Source: Thermoplasmata archaeon
GTDB taxonomy: Archaea; Thermoplasmatota; Thermoplasmata; UBA10834
Reading direction: 5' to 3'
DNA: 64,000 nucleotides
Assembly: GCA_020696365.1 (NCBI GenBank)
Contig: JAEHCM010000002.1
Location: 18,751 to 82,750 of the forward strand
Shown here: piece after piece, positions 1 to 12,515 of the stretch
How the letters are laid out: the number at the start of each line of letters is the position of its first letter
How positions within the stretch are numbered: position 1 is the stretch's first letter
The notes under the pieces: model-generated
Seen by the model: only the letters and a program-made list of their open reading frames with translations
What the model was told of the DNA's origin: nothing
The model's database searches: none
Made by a program: the position numbers and the translations under genes

Positions 1-427
1 TGGAGACGCCCCACGTGGTCGTGCCCACGCTGAGCAAGCTGGCCAAGATCTGCACGTCCTGATCGGCCGTCATGCTGCCGAGGTTGGCGTGAGTGTCTGG
101 GTTGAGATACATGCTACCCACCTCGGACATCACAGGCGGGCTGATAAGCGTCCACACTACGAGGATGACGATGACGGCTGCAATCACGATCCAACGACCG
201 ATGTGCCGGGGTTTCCTCCGCTCCTTCTTCGGCTTGCCACGGCGGCCCTCGCGTTCGTATTCCTCTATCCACATCTCCTGGGGATCGCCGTCGAACTCAG
301 CGGGCGCATCCTCTCCGGGCAGGAACTCGGGAGGCGGCGGTTCAGGCGGTGGCGGCTCCGGAGCGGCCGCAGCAGCCTCACTCGATCCTGCCATGTATTC
401 GTCCTTTTCAGAAGCCAATTGACTCAT
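1..427 (-). CDS. Partial CDS (C-terminus lies beyond the window): Pro/Glu-rich N-terminus, one TM helix, then an extracytoplasmic part
   Basis: Own translation of the minus strand from ATG at 427 (MSQLASEKDEYMAGSSEAAAAAPEPPPPEPPPPEF...RHIGRWIVIAAVIVILVVWTLI...) stays open to position 1. It begins 15 nt after the stop of the upstream aminotransferase. It is absent from the ORF track because it has no stop in the window. Confidence 0.5.
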   Translation of the reverse strand, partial: MSQLASEKDEYMAGSSEAAAAAPEPPPPEPPPPEFLPGEDAPAEFDGDPQEMWIEEYEREGRRGKPKKERRKPRHIGRWIVIAAVIVILVVWTLISPPVMSEVGSMYLNPDTHANLGSMTADQDVQILASLLSVGTTTWGVS

Positions 428-441
428 CCATCCTGCTGGTA

Positions 442-1629
442 TCATCGACTACAATCGAAATCAATCTTTCGCTCAGGATCACTCGCCTTCAATGTCCGCA
501 TGAGGTCGTCGATTTTGTCCAAGCCGCTCATCAGGTATTCCTTCGGCAGCGCCGTCCCTATCCGCATGTAACCGTCCATTCCCAGCTGGTCTCCAGGCAC
601 GACTAGAACGGATCTCTCCTTTCGAAGGCGCTCGGAGAGGTCCGAGGAATTCAATCCAGGCGGATGACGGACGAAGCACATCGCCCCAGCCTCGGGCGAC
701 CTGTGGGCAAGAGCCGAGCCATGAGCCTCGTTCCAGTCGACAAAGACGCGACAGCTCATCCTCACGACCTCTTGGTTCTTCGCGAGTATTCTCTCTCTCC
801 TCTCCGGCTCGAGGACCTTCCTGGCTATGTGGTCTGACAGCATCGAGTGCGTGAGGGTCAGATAGTCGTGGTAGCAGGTTATCTCCCTGAGCGTCTCCGG
901 CGTGCCGACGAGCCATCCGATCCTCAGACCAGGCATACCGTACGCCTTACACAGGCCATTGGTGATGAGCGTCTTCTCATGATGCCCCCACAGTGACTGC
1001 GTCCTCGAATCCCCCAACTCCGCACCCACGTACACTTCGTCCGCAAGGAGCCATGCACCAGAGTCCTTCACGGCATCAATCAGGGCTTTGCGCTGCTCGG
1101 AAGCCATGATGGCACCGGTCGGATTGTTCGGGTTGCAGACGTGGACGGCCTTCGTTCTCCTCGTGACCGCAGCCTTGAGATCCTCGGGGTCGAACTGCCA
1201 CCCGAGCTCCTCCTTGAGCGGCAGCGGCCTAACCTCCATGCCCCACGACTCTGCCAGATTCCAGGTCTGCGGATAGTTCGGGACGATGATCACTACTTCG
1301 TCACCCTTCTCGAAGAGGCGCCATGCCGCCATGAAATTCGCCTCCGATGCGCCGTTTGTGACGAGGATGTGATCCGCGGACGCCCGCTCATACATGGCGG
1401 CGATCGCGGACCGCAGTTCAGGAGACCCGTTCGTCGGAGGATAGCCCTGTTCAACCTCGAGCAGGGTCCTAACCGCATCATCGCTGCCCATGACTTCCTT
1501 CAGGCTGACGGAAGGCACCCCGCTTCCCGATAGGTCGTAATCCACGTCACCATCGTAGGCACACTGCATCCTAACCATGTCAAAGGCCTGGAGTTCCATT
1601 GATCCCGCCGACATGGCATGAACGCTCAT
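442..1629 (-). CDS. PLP-dependent aminotransferase, class I/II
   Basis: 395-aa ORF with the NPNNPTG motif and the Lys-containing LCKAYGMPGLRIG motif typical of fold-type I aminotransferases. Confidence 0.85.
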   Translation of the reverse strand: MSVHAMSAGSMELQAFDMVRMQCAYDGDVDYDLSGSGVPSVSLKEVMGSDDAVRTLLEVEQGYPPTNGSPELRSAIAAMYERASADHILVTNGASEANFMAAWRLFEKGDEVVIIVPNYPQTWNLAESWGMEVRPLPLKEELGWQFDPEDLKAAVTRRTKAVHVCNPNNPTGAIMASEQRKALIDAVKDSGAWLLADEVYVGAELGDSRTQSLWGHHEKTLITNGLCKAYGMPGLRIGWLVGTPETLREITCYHDYLTLTHSMLSDHIARKVLEPERRERILAKNQEVVRMSCRVFVDWNEAHGSALAHRSPEAGAMCFVRHPPGLNSSDLSERLRKERSVLVVPGDQLGMDGYMRIGTALPKEYLMSGLDKIDDLMRTLKASDPERKIDFDCSR

Positions 1630-1837
1630 GGATTAAAGACCTTCAGTGGCGCAGGAAGCCTCTTCCGTTGCTGTTGATGAAATGGGCTCGAATCTCCTTG
1701 CCCTCATGACGGAATCGATGACAGGAAGAATCAACCTCTCGTCCTCGAGGCGCTCCCGCCGACGCAATTACCGGAACGCGGAGATGTCCGGCAGGCTCCA
1801 CCCGAAAAACCGATGTTTTGAATGGCCAGAGCAACGC

Positions 1838-1845
1838 TTTTATAC
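1838..1845 (+). promoter_or_regulatory. Candidate TATA box upstream of the 23S rRNA gene
   Basis: TTTTATAC in noncoding DNA, about 165 nt upstream of the 23S processing stem. The same octamer precedes the S13 operon. Confidence 0.3.
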
Positions 1846-2040
1846 GGGTCGATACATAGCGGGAATCCCAGCCCGTCTAGAGGGCAACGCCTAAATAACG
1901 TTGGCTTGCTAGATTAAGGGTTGGTCGTGCACCCGTGCATGCTGTGCCCGGGGAAGATGGTTGAGGGGCAGCGGGCGGGAAGGACTTGCGGGCTCCTGTG
2001 AGTGCCGATCATGTGCAATCCGGACGTGTGCTGAGTCGAC

Positions 2041-5261
<3,221 letters not shown>

Positions 5262-5453
5262 CCGATTTGGTAAGTGCGGCTCAGCCGTTACACGGATTGC
5301 ACATGAATATCCTGCCGTTCCTTCCACATTTTCTTATTTTCACAGCGTGCAGCGCTAGCGCCGCCCGGCCGATGCCCTTCGGATACACTTTGCCGCAATG
5401 TTAATGATGGACCATCTCATCAGATGCTGCGAAGCATGGTGGAGGCGTTCGAA

Positions 5454-6671
5454 GTGAGGGTAATAATCATCGGGAACAACATCGCGGGAACAACAACGGC
5501 GAAGGCAATCCGCGATGCAGACAAAGAGGTCGAGATCAACATCTTCACCGAGGAGTCGGTACCGTACTATGCTCGGCCGAAACTCATCGACTTCGTCGCC
5601 GGGGCGGTCGAGGAGAGCGGCATCATGTTCCACCCGACCGAGTGGTACGAGAAGAACAATCTAAACCTGCATCTGTCATCGAAGGTCGACAGGATGGACG
5701 GCGCTGGCAAGAAGGTGTTGGTCGGCGTTGACTGGTACACGTACGACAAACTCGTCCTGGCCAACGGCTCCAGCGCATTCCTTCCTCCGTTCAAGGGCCT
5801 GCCGAAGGAGAACGTCTTCACACTGAGGACGCTAGACGATGCCAAGAGGATCAGAAAGGCAGCTGCGGGATCGAAGCGCGTGGTCGTGATAGGTGGAGGG
5901 CTACTTGGGCTCGAAACCGCCAGGGCGTTAGCCACGGGCTTCCCAGAGCTGGACATCACAATACTCGAGTACGCAGAACACCTCCTGATGCGGCAGCTCG
6001 ACCACGAGGGCGCGGAGATTCTGCAGGACTGGATCGCAGAGACGGGCACGAAGGTCGTGACCAAGGCCGAGACGGAGGAGCTGCTAGGCGAAGGCGACAT
6101 CGCCGCCACTGTGAAGCTCAAGGACGGCAGGACAGTCGAGTGCGACATGGTGATAATGTCGGCCGGCGCGCGGTCCAACCTGGGCCTCGCAAAGGAGGCG
6201 GGACTCAGCGTGAACAGGGGCGTGATTGTCGATTCGTCACTCCGCACCTCAGACCAGAACGTATTCGCCGTTGGGGATGTCGCGGAGTATGAGGGAAAGG
6301 TCTGGGGAATGATCCCTCCGGCGCTGGACCAGGCGAGGATCGCCGCGAAGAAAGTGCTCGGGCTCGAAGGACCAGACTACACGGGCACGATCCCATCCAA
6401 CATCCTGAAGGTAATGGGCATCGACCTCACTTCCATCGGCACCGTTCGGAGCGAGCACGAGACGCAGGAGAAGGGATTCGAAGAGATACGGGCGGTGACG
6501 GCGGACAAGAAGGTGTACAAGAAGTTCGTGCTCAAGGACGGGAAGATAATCGGCGCGATACTCCTAGGGACAAAGAAAGAGACCGGTAAGGTGGCGAATA
6601 TGATCAAGGAGGGCACGCCCGTCGAGAGCATCAGGGACAGGCTCTCGGATCCAGGCTTCGACTTCCGCTAG
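5454..6671 (+). CDS. FAD-dependent pyridine nucleotide-disulfide oxidoreductase (NADH oxidase / rubredoxin-reductase-like)
   Basis: Dinucleotide-binding motifs IIIGNNIAGTTTA and VVVIGGGLLGLETA, plus VFAVGDVAE. GTG at 5454 is preceded by GGAGG (5441-5445). The ORF track's longest start is 5424. Confidence 0.8.
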   Translation: MRVIIIGNNIAGTTTAKAIRDADKEVEINIFTEESVPYYARPKLIDFVAGAVEESGIMFHPTEWYEKNNLNLHLSSKVDRMDGAGKKVLVGVDWYTYDKLVLANGSSAFLPPFKGLPKENVFTLRTLDDAKRIRKAAAGSKRVVVIGGGLLGLETARALATGFPELDITILEYAEHLLMRQLDHEGAEILQDWIAETGTKVVTKAETEELLGEGDIAATVKLKDGRTVECDMVIMSAGARSNLGLAKEAGLSVNRGVIVDSSLRTSDQNVFAVGDVAEYEGKVWGMIPPALDQARIAAKKVLGLEGPDYTGTIPSNILKVMGIDLTSIGTVRSEHETQEKGFEEIRAVTADKKVYKKFVLKDGKIIGAILLGTKKETGKVANMIKEGTPVESIRDRLSDPGFDFR

Positions 6672-6761
6672 GCGCTCCAGCACTTCGCGCCGACCGACGC
6701 CAGGGGTGTCCAGGCAACCGTACGAAAACCGTTAAATCCTAACGACTCATGCAGAACCTGG

Positions 6762-9458
6762 ATGGAGCCCAAGGACTACGAACTCGAGTTCTTCACGAGC
6801 AACGGCTTTCAGCGCAAGCAGTGCAAGGGCTGTCGCAGGTTCTTCTGGACTCTGGGCAACAGGGACACGTGCGGTGAAGCGCCGTGCGTGGAGTACACCT
6901 TCATCGGGAATCCGTTGTTCAAGGAGAAGATGAACGTCCACGAGATGCGCGAGAGCTTCCTGTCTTTCCTCGAGCGGGAGGGGCACACTAGGATCGCGAG
7001 ATACCCTATAACCGCCCGATGGAGGGACGACGTCTTTTTCACACAGGCGAGCATCTATGGCTTCCAGCCATGGGTGATCCAGGGGGTCGTTGACCCACCC
7101 GCCAATCCCCTCGGAATCTCGCAGACATGCGTCCGGTTCAACGATATCGACAATGTGGGAAAAACCGGCTCTCATCTCACCATGTTCGAGATGATGGCCC
7201 ACCATGTCTTCAACAAGAAGGACAAGCCGATCTATTGGAAGGAGCGCACTACGGAGCTGTGCCACGAGTTCCTGACGAAGGTCCAAGGGCTGGACCCGAA
7301 GGCGGTGAGCTACTCCGAGGCGTGGTGGGAAGGCGGAGGAAACGCAGGACCGTGCCTCGAAGTGTTCCTTGGCGGAGTCGAGGTCGCCACTCTCGTGTTC
7401 ATGGAGTACTCGACGGCCAACGGACAACAGACGCCTCTTGACATGCAGGTCGTCGACACAGGTTATGGATTGGAGAGGCTCACGTGGATCTCCCAGGGCA
7501 CGCCCTCGGCCTACGAGGCGGTGTTCGGGGACGTGCTCAGGGAGCTGAAGGAGATCTCTGGAACCGACACGGAGGAGAGGACGCTCGGGGAGTATGCCAA
7601 GGTCGCAGGCTCGATGAAGATCGAGAACGCGGCGGATGTGAGAGAGCTCAGGGCGGACACGGCAGCCAGGGTAGGAATGGATATAGACGAGTTCGTGCGC
7701 CAGATAAGACCTTTCGAGAGCATGTACGTGGTATGCGACCACACCCGCGCGCTGATGTTCATGCTGAGCGACGGTACCGTGCCCTCGAACGTCAGACAGG
7801 GATACTTCGCCCGACTGCTGGTGAGGAGGGCCCTCAGGGAGATGTCGCAGCTAGGGATAGACCGGAAGCTCTCCGAGATAGTCGCCCTGCAGGTCGACTA
7901 CTTCTCTAAAGATTTCCCCGACCTCAAGGAGAACAGGGAGGGCATCCTGAAGCTGGTGGACGTCGAGCAGGACAGGTACAGCGACACGCTCGTGAAAGGC
8001 AGAGGGATAGTTCAGAGGCTGGAGACGTCCTTGGACCAGAGCGGCAAGAGAATATCGGACGAGGACTTGATCGAGCTGTACGACTCACACGGGCTGAACC
8101 CCGAGGTCGTCGCCGAGTTCGCCGAGAAGGAAGTGGCCGTGCCCGATGACTTCTACAAGCGCGTGGCTGCGAGGCATGCGAAGTCGCGCGAGGAGGAGGA
8201 GACCAAGCCAGAGATATCTCTTCCGAAGGGCCTGCCAGCGACCAAGCAGATGTTCTACAAGGACCCATACAAGTACAAGTTCAGGGCGAAGGTGCTCGCC
8301 GTCGAGGGGGACCTCGTCGTGCTCGACAAAACCTACTTCTACGCCGAGAGCGGAGGTCAGGAGTCCGATGTCGGGACGATGAAGGACATGAGGGTCGTCC
8401 ATGTCGACAAGGTCGGCAACGTCGTCGTGCACAGGGTCGAGGGAGAAATGCAGGCGGTCAAGGGAAAGCTGATCACGAGCACGATCAACGAGGGGCGGAG
8501 GAGGAGGCTGCAGAGGCACCACACGGCCACGCACATCGTGAACGGCGCGGCCAGAGAAGTTCTGGGCAACCATGTCTGGCAGACAGGAGCGCACAAATCG
8601 GTGGACGTGGCGAGGCTCGATATCACCCATTACGCTGACATCACGCAGGAGGAGCTGGAGAGGATAGAGAGGAGGGCAAACGAGGTAGTCCTCTCGGGCA
8701 CAAAGGTCGATTCACGCTTCATGGACCGCACGGACGCAGAGAAGAGGTACGGGTTCAGGTTGTACCAGGGCGGAGCCGTCCCGGGGAAGGAGATCAGGGT
8801 CGTGAGGATAGGCGACTTCGACGTGGAGGCCTGCGGAGGAATCCACTGCAAGAACACACTCGAGGTCGGGGCGATCGCCGTGCTCCAGACGAGGAGGATA
8901 CAGGACGGGGTCGTAAGGCTGGAGTTCGCCTCGGGCATGGCAGCGGTAGAGAAGATGATCGCCATGTCGGAGGCGGTCTCGAATGCGAGCTCGATGCTGA
9001 TGACGACCCCGGATGGCCTCGTTAGTGCGGTCAAGCTTCTTCAGGCCGAGAACAAGGACCAACGCAAGGAGCTGGAGAGCGTGAAGAGAGGTCTGGTGGG
9101 CGAGACGGTGGAGGACCTCGTCGCCAGGGCCATGAAGGTCTCCGGAGTCACGATAGTCCGCCATGTCCAATCAGAGGATATGAGGCACCTGGTGAACCTC
9201 GCCAAGGAGCTGATAACCCGTCCGAAGACGATAGCGGTCCTCGCATCGGACCAGGAAGGGGCCAAGATAATCGTCGCGAGGAGCGCCGACGTCGACATAA
9301 ACTGCAGACCTCTGCTAGGGGACGCGATGAAGGCCGTCGGCGGCTCCGGAGGGGGCAAGCCCGATTTCGCCCAGGGAGGAGGGCCGGACGTCGACAAGCT
9401 GGAGCATGCAGTCGACCATGTCGTGTCCGCCCTCAAGAAGGCCCTGGAAGAAGAGTGA
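6762..9458 (+). CDS. alaS: Alanine--tRNA ligase (archaeal type)
   Basis: 898 aa. Archaeal AlaRS N-terminus (FFTSNGFQRKQCKGCRRFFWT). Editing-domain motifs HHTATHIV and ACGGIHC. Confidence 0.95.
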   Translation: MEPKDYELEFFTSNGFQRKQCKGCRRFFWTLGNRDTCGEAPCVEYTFIGNPLFKEKMNVHEMRESFLSFLEREGHTRIARYPITARWRDDVFFTQASIYGFQPWVIQGVVDPPANPLGISQTCVRFNDIDNVGKTGSHLTMFEMMAHHVFNKKDKPIYWKERTTELCHEFLTKVQGLDPKAVSYSEAWWEGGGNAGPCLEVFLGGVEVATLVFMEYSTANGQQTPLDMQVVDTGYGLERLTWISQGTPSAYEAVFGDVLRELKEISGTDTEERTLGEYAKVAGSMKIENAADVRELRADTAARVGMDIDEFVRQIRPFESMYVVCDHTRALMFMLSDGTVPSNVRQGYFARLLVRRALREMSQLGIDRKLSEIVALQVDYFSKDFPDLKENREGILKLVDVEQDRYSDTLVKGRGIVQRLETSLDQSGKRISDEDLIELYDSHGLNPEVVAEFAEKEVAVPDDFYKRVAARHAKSREEEETKPEISLPKGLPATKQMFYKDPYKYKFRAKVLAVEGDLVVLDKTYFYAESGGQESDVGTMKDMRVVHVDKVGNVVVHRVEGEMQAVKGKLITSTINEGRRRRLQRHHTATHIVNGAAREVLGNHVWQTGAHKSVDVARLDITHYADITQEELERIERRANEVVLSGTKVDSRFMDRTDAEKRYGFRLYQGGAVPGKEIRVVRIGDFDVEACGGIHCKNTLEVGAIAVLQTRRIQDGVVRLEFASGMAAVEKMIAMSEAVSNASSMLMTTPDGLVSAVKLLQAENKDQRKELESVKRGLVGETVEDLVARAMKVSGVTIVRHVQSEDMRHLVNLAKELITRPKTIAVLASDQEGAKIIVARSADVDINCRPLLGDAMKAVGGSGGGKPDFAQGGGPDVDKLEHAVDHVVSALKKALEEE

Positions 9459-10063
9459 TGCTGAAGATGTCGAAGTTGAGGGAGTCGGTCAGAAACCTGA
9501 AGTATCTGTTCGAACTCACGAGGTCGGCCGCCATAGCCAGAAGGTACTTCGTCATAGGCGCGTTCGACGGCGCCCTCACTGTCCTTGGTGTGATCATAGG
9601 CGTGTATGTGGCCGAGGCGAGTGTCCACCCTGAGCTGGCCAGGCAGCTGATAATCGGGGCGGGGCTGGCCGGGGGAATCGCACTCGCGGTCTCCAGCGGG
9701 GTCGGCGCCTACGAGGCCGAGAGGGTGGAGCACATACTCAGCCACCAGAACCTCGAGCAGGCCATGCTCTCGAGCGTCGAGGGGACCCGGAAGGAGGCCA
9801 TGAGGGTCAGCATAGTCGTGAGCGCGACAGTGCACGGGGTGGCCCCGATGATCGCCGCTTTCGTGCCGTTGGTGCCGTTCTTCTTCATGCCCCTGCATGA
9901 GGCCGTCGTGACGGGCATCGTAATCACCATGATATTCCTTTTCGTACTCGGGGCGTTCCTCGGCAACATGATAAAGGAGATCTTCGTCTACACGGGCCTG
10001 AGGTTCGTCATAGCCGGGCTCGCCACCGCGATAGTCCTGATACTCATCGGAGGGCATCCGTAG
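9458..10063 (+). CDS. VIT1/CCC1-family membrane protein
   Basis: ARRYFVIGAFDGALTVLGVIIG followed by multiple TM segments. The ATG overlaps the alaS TGA (TGATG). A paralog lies at 56490..57077. Confidence 0.65.
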   Translation: MLKMSKLRESVRNLKYLFELTRSAAIARRYFVIGAFDGALTVLGVIIGVYVAEASVHPELARQLIIGAGLAGGIALAVSSGVGAYEAERVEHILSHQNLEQAMLSSVEGTRKEAMRVSIVVSATVHGVAPMIAAFVPLVPFFFMPLHEAVVTGIVITMIFLFVLGAFLGNMIKEIFVYTGLRFVIAGLATAIVLILIGGHP

Positions 10064-10166
10064 GCGCTCCGAGGTCCGTCGACTCATGGCCTTAAATCAA
10101 CCAATCATCACATATCATCTTCGATAACTGAACATAAATTGGCAATCCTCACCGACGAAGCCCCGG

Positions 10167-10598
10167 CTAATGCGGCGATGTTACGAGCTTCAGGTCGAGC
10201 ACGCCCTTCTGAGCCCTGAGCGTCTTCGCTAGGGCGCGCACCCTCGACGCCTCCCCGCTGAAGGCGATCATCTCGAGGCATGTGTGCTTGGACAGGTGTA
10301 CGTGCATCGTCGCAGTCACAACATCGGGATAATCGTGCTGGAGCTCGGTCAGGGTGTTGCTGATTCCACGAGAATGATGGTCGTATGTGACGAGGATCAC
10401 TCCAGACGCCTTGCCCCTCCTGGCCAGGTCCCATTTCCTGTTCGCCACGAACTCGCGCATGGCCTCGCTGACCGCCTGAGACCTGTTCGGATGGCCGAGG
10501 CTCTCCGTCAGCCCGTCGAACTCTTCCAGGAGTTCGCCGGAAACGCTCAGGGATATCCTCGTCTGCCTCGTCATCAGTTCGGTGAACGAGTCTCCCAT
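10167..10598 (-). CDS. nikR: Nickel-responsive regulator NikR (ribbon-helix-helix plus metal-binding domain)
   Basis: RHH segment TRISLSVSGELLEEFD. Metal-site block ATMHVHLSKHTCLEMIAFSG matches the NikR HxH...C signature. Start chosen at ATG 10598; 10574 is also possible; the longest ORF start 10718 is unlikely. Confidence 0.75.
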   Translation of the reverse strand: MGDSFTELMTRQTRISLSVSGELLEEFDGLTESLGHPNRSQAVSEAMREFVANRKWDLARRGKASGVILVTYDHHSRGISNTLTELQHDYPDVVTATMHVHLSKHTCLEMIAFSGEASRVRALAKTLRAQKGVLDLKLVTSPH

Positions 10599-10606
10599 GG
10601 ATAATG

Positions 10607-10624
10607 CTTTTCGACAACGAAAAG
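10607..10624. promoter_or_regulatory. Perfect 7-4-7 inverted repeat (CTTTTCG ACAA CGAAAAG) just upstream of nikR
   Basis: Read directly from the sequence. It lies 9 nt upstream of the nikR ATG. Candidate operator. Confidence 0.3.
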
Positions 10625-10708
10625 TTGACATACGCGAGAGCGGTACGGAACCGTGGTGCTGGCATGACCCAAGAGCTTCCAGTCGCCTTCGCACATCCAG
10701 CATAAGTG

Positions 10709-10716
10709 TTTTATAC
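10709..10716 (+). promoter_or_regulatory. TATA box of the S13-S4-S11-rpoD operon
   Basis: TTTTATAC in the nikR/rps13 divergent spacer. The expected TSS (about 25 nt downstream) falls after the ATG at 10727, which argues against that start. Confidence 0.45.
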
Positions 10717-10807
10717 ACCTTAGTGTGTGGGGGAGTTTGCGCTCCAGACGGGGATATTTGTATGTCTGGAGGGCGCTGATACGAATCACCGAAGTGGAGG
10801 TTGCCGT

Positions 10808-11392
10808 TTGGCCGAGGATAAGGACAAGGACGAGAAGACGAAGGGCGCCGGGAAGGGCAAGAAGAAAGACGCCAAGAAAGCGGAAGAGCCCGCCAAGACG
10901 CCCGTAGCCGAGAAGAAGAGCGATGATTTCAGATACATCGTCAGAATCGTCAACTCCGACCTCGACGGCAACAAGGACATCGTTATAGCCCTCGCGGGCA
11001 TCAAAGGCGTGGGTATGCGGACCGCCGAGATAATCGCCAGGATGACGGGCGTACCGCGCAACACGAAGATCGGGGATCTCCCGGAGAAGAAGACGGAGGA
11101 GCTCGAAAAGCTCGTACTGGACTACTCCGAGAAGGCGCCCCATTGGATGGTCAACAGGCAGCATGACTGGTCGTCAGGAGCGGACATTCATATCGTCGGT
11201 GTGGATGTGGAGCTCTACAAGAGGGACGATGTGAACCTCATGAGGATGATCAGATGCTACAAGGGCGTGAGACACGAGACAGGCCAAAAGGTCAGGGGGC
11301 AGCGGTCCCGGGCCAACGGTCGGAGCGGACTCACGCTCGGTGTCATCAAGCGCAAGGAGCAGCCGGGCGGAGGAGCCCAGAAGAAGGAGTAG
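10808..11392 (+). CDS. rps13: 30S ribosomal protein S13 (uS13) with a Lys/Asp/Glu/Ala-rich N-terminal extension
   Basis: Core FRYIVRIVNSDLDGNKDIVIALAGIKGVGMRTAE. TTG at 10808 is preceded by GGAGGT (10796-10801). No in-frame ATG/GTG/TTG lies between 10808 and the conserved core. Confidence 0.85.
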   Translation: MAEDKDKDEKTKGAGKGKKKDAKKAEEPAKTPVAEKKSDDFRYIVRIVNSDLDGNKDIVIALAGIKGVGMRTAEIIARMTGVPRNTKIGDLPEKKTEELEKLVLDYSEKAPHWMVNRQHDWSSGADIHIVGVDVELYKRDDVNLMRMIRCYKGVRHETGQKVRGQRSRANGRSGLTLGVIKRKEQPGGGAQKKE

Positions 11393-11400
11393 TGTGACGG

Positions 11401-12114
11401 ATGGGCGACCCTAAGTTCTCCAGAAGAAAATACGAAACGCCAGCTAAGCCATGGCAGGGCGAGCGTATCAAGGCGGAGAACGAGTTGCTGCAGAAGTACG
11501 GTCTCAAGAACAAGAGGGAGCTGTGGACCGCGCAGTCGCTCGTAAGGAGATTCAGGGCGCAGAGCAGGGAGCTCCAGGCGCGGCAGAGGACGGGAGACCC
11601 ACAGGCCCAGAGGGAGACGGATGAGCTCCTGGGCAGATGCGGTCGCATGGCCCTGTTGCCTGCCGATGGTGCGACCCTGAACGACGTTCTCGCGCTCAAC
11701 ACCGAGGCGGTCCTGGCAAGGAGACTTCAGACGATCGTCTACAGGAAGGGGCTCGCGTTCACGCCGAAGCAGGCGCGTCAGATAATCGTCCACGGACACG
11801 CGTCCCTGGACGGAAGAAAGGTGACGATCCCTGGCTATCTCGTCAAGCGCGGAGAGGAGGAGCAGATAGACTACCATATGACCTCGCCCCTGACTGACGA
11901 CATGCACCCCACCAGACCCAAGCCGGAGGAACTGGAGCGCAAGCGCATATCCGACGCGGCGAAGGCCGAGGCCAGGGCCCTGAGGGCTAACGAAAGAGGA
12001 CGGGGTCCTCCGATGAGGCGGCCACGGAGGCCGAGGGTGGAGACGAAGCCAGCGGCGAAAGTGGAGAAAACCCCTGAGCCGGCGAAGCCCGCTGCTGAGA
12101 AGACGGAGGGATGA
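11401..12114 (+). CDS. rps4: 30S ribosomal protein S4 (uS4) with a Lys/Pro/Ala-rich C-terminal extension
   Basis: [19 protein letters not shown]... S4 N-terminus and S4 RNA-binding domain ([25 protein letters not shown]). The extra tail ends ...[27 protein letters not shown]. Confidence 0.9.
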   Translation: MGDPKFSRRKYETPAKPWQGERIKAENELLQKYGLKNKRELWTAQSLVRRFRAQSRELQARQRTGDPQAQRETDELLGRCGRMALLPADGATLNDVLALNTEAVLARRLQTIVYRKGLAFTPKQARQIIVHGHASLDGRKVTIPGYLVKRGEEEQIDYHMTSPLTDDMHPTRPKPEELERKRISDAAKAEARALRANERGRGPPMRRPRRPRVETKPAAKVEKTPEPAKPAAEKTEG

Positions 12115-12503
12115 GTTCTATGGCCAGATGGGGTATCGCACACATTTACGCCAGCTACAACAACATCGCAATCACGCTCACCGACATCACTGGCGCCGAG
12201 ACAATAACGAAGGCCACCGGCGGCATGGTGGTCAAGCAAGCCAAGGACGAGGCGTCGCCCTACGCCGCGATGAGAGCGGCCGAGAAGGTGGCCGACGTCG
12301 CCAAGGAGAAGGGCATCGATTCGATACATGTCCGTGTCCGCGCGCCTGGAGGGAACAAGGCGACCTCGCCGGGGCCAGGGGCGCAGGCGGCTATCAGAGG
12401 CCTTGCGAGGGCAGGGCTGAGGATCGGCAGGATCGAGGACGTTACCCCGATACCGCACGACGGGACCAAGAAGAAGGGCGGCCGAAGAGGACGCAGAGTG
12501 TAG
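12111..12503 (+). CDS. rps11: 30S ribosomal protein S11 (uS11)
   Basis: [24 protein letters not shown]...; ATGA overlap with the rps4 stop. Confidence 0.93.
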   Translation: MSSMARWGIAHIYASYNNIAITLTDITGAETITKATGGMVVKQAKDEASPYAAMRAAEKVADVAKEKGIDSIHVRVRAPGGNKATSPGPGAQAAIRGLARAGLRIGRIEDVTPIPHDGTKKKGGRRGRRV

Positions 12504-12515
12504 AGTTGATCCCCC

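Noticed and set aside
5307-5423. A 5S rRNA or tRNA gene downstream of 23S, or a tRNA in the 1895-2008 leader.
   Set aside because: No cloverleaf or 5S-like helices could be drawn. The sequences lack T-loop (GTTCRANYC) or 5S loop motifs.
6747-7742. Long ORFs antisense to well-supported genes: 6747..7742(-) versus alaS; 9041..10087(-); 11871..12731(-) and 12260..13015(-) versus the S4/S11/rpoD cluster; 14565..15563(+) versus PolD; 22384..23460(-); 33323..34615(+) versus tuf; 35695..36603(+) versus fusA; 37164..38069(+) versus rps7; 41252..42082(-); 57188..57976(+) versus the MFS gene.
   Set aside because: The opposite strand encodes proteins with unmistakable family motifs. The antisense translations are Arg/Pro/Gly/His/Ser-rich with no recognisable domains, which is the usual by-product of GC-rich coding DNA.
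10727-10807. ATG at 10727 as the start of rps13 (the longest ORF).
   Set aside because: It lies only about 10 nt downstream of the TATA box (10709-10716), so it is probably untranscribed. The encoded MGEFALQTGIFVCLEGADTNHRSGGCR is unlike any S13. The TTG at 10808 has a GGAGGT Shine-Dalgarno sequence.
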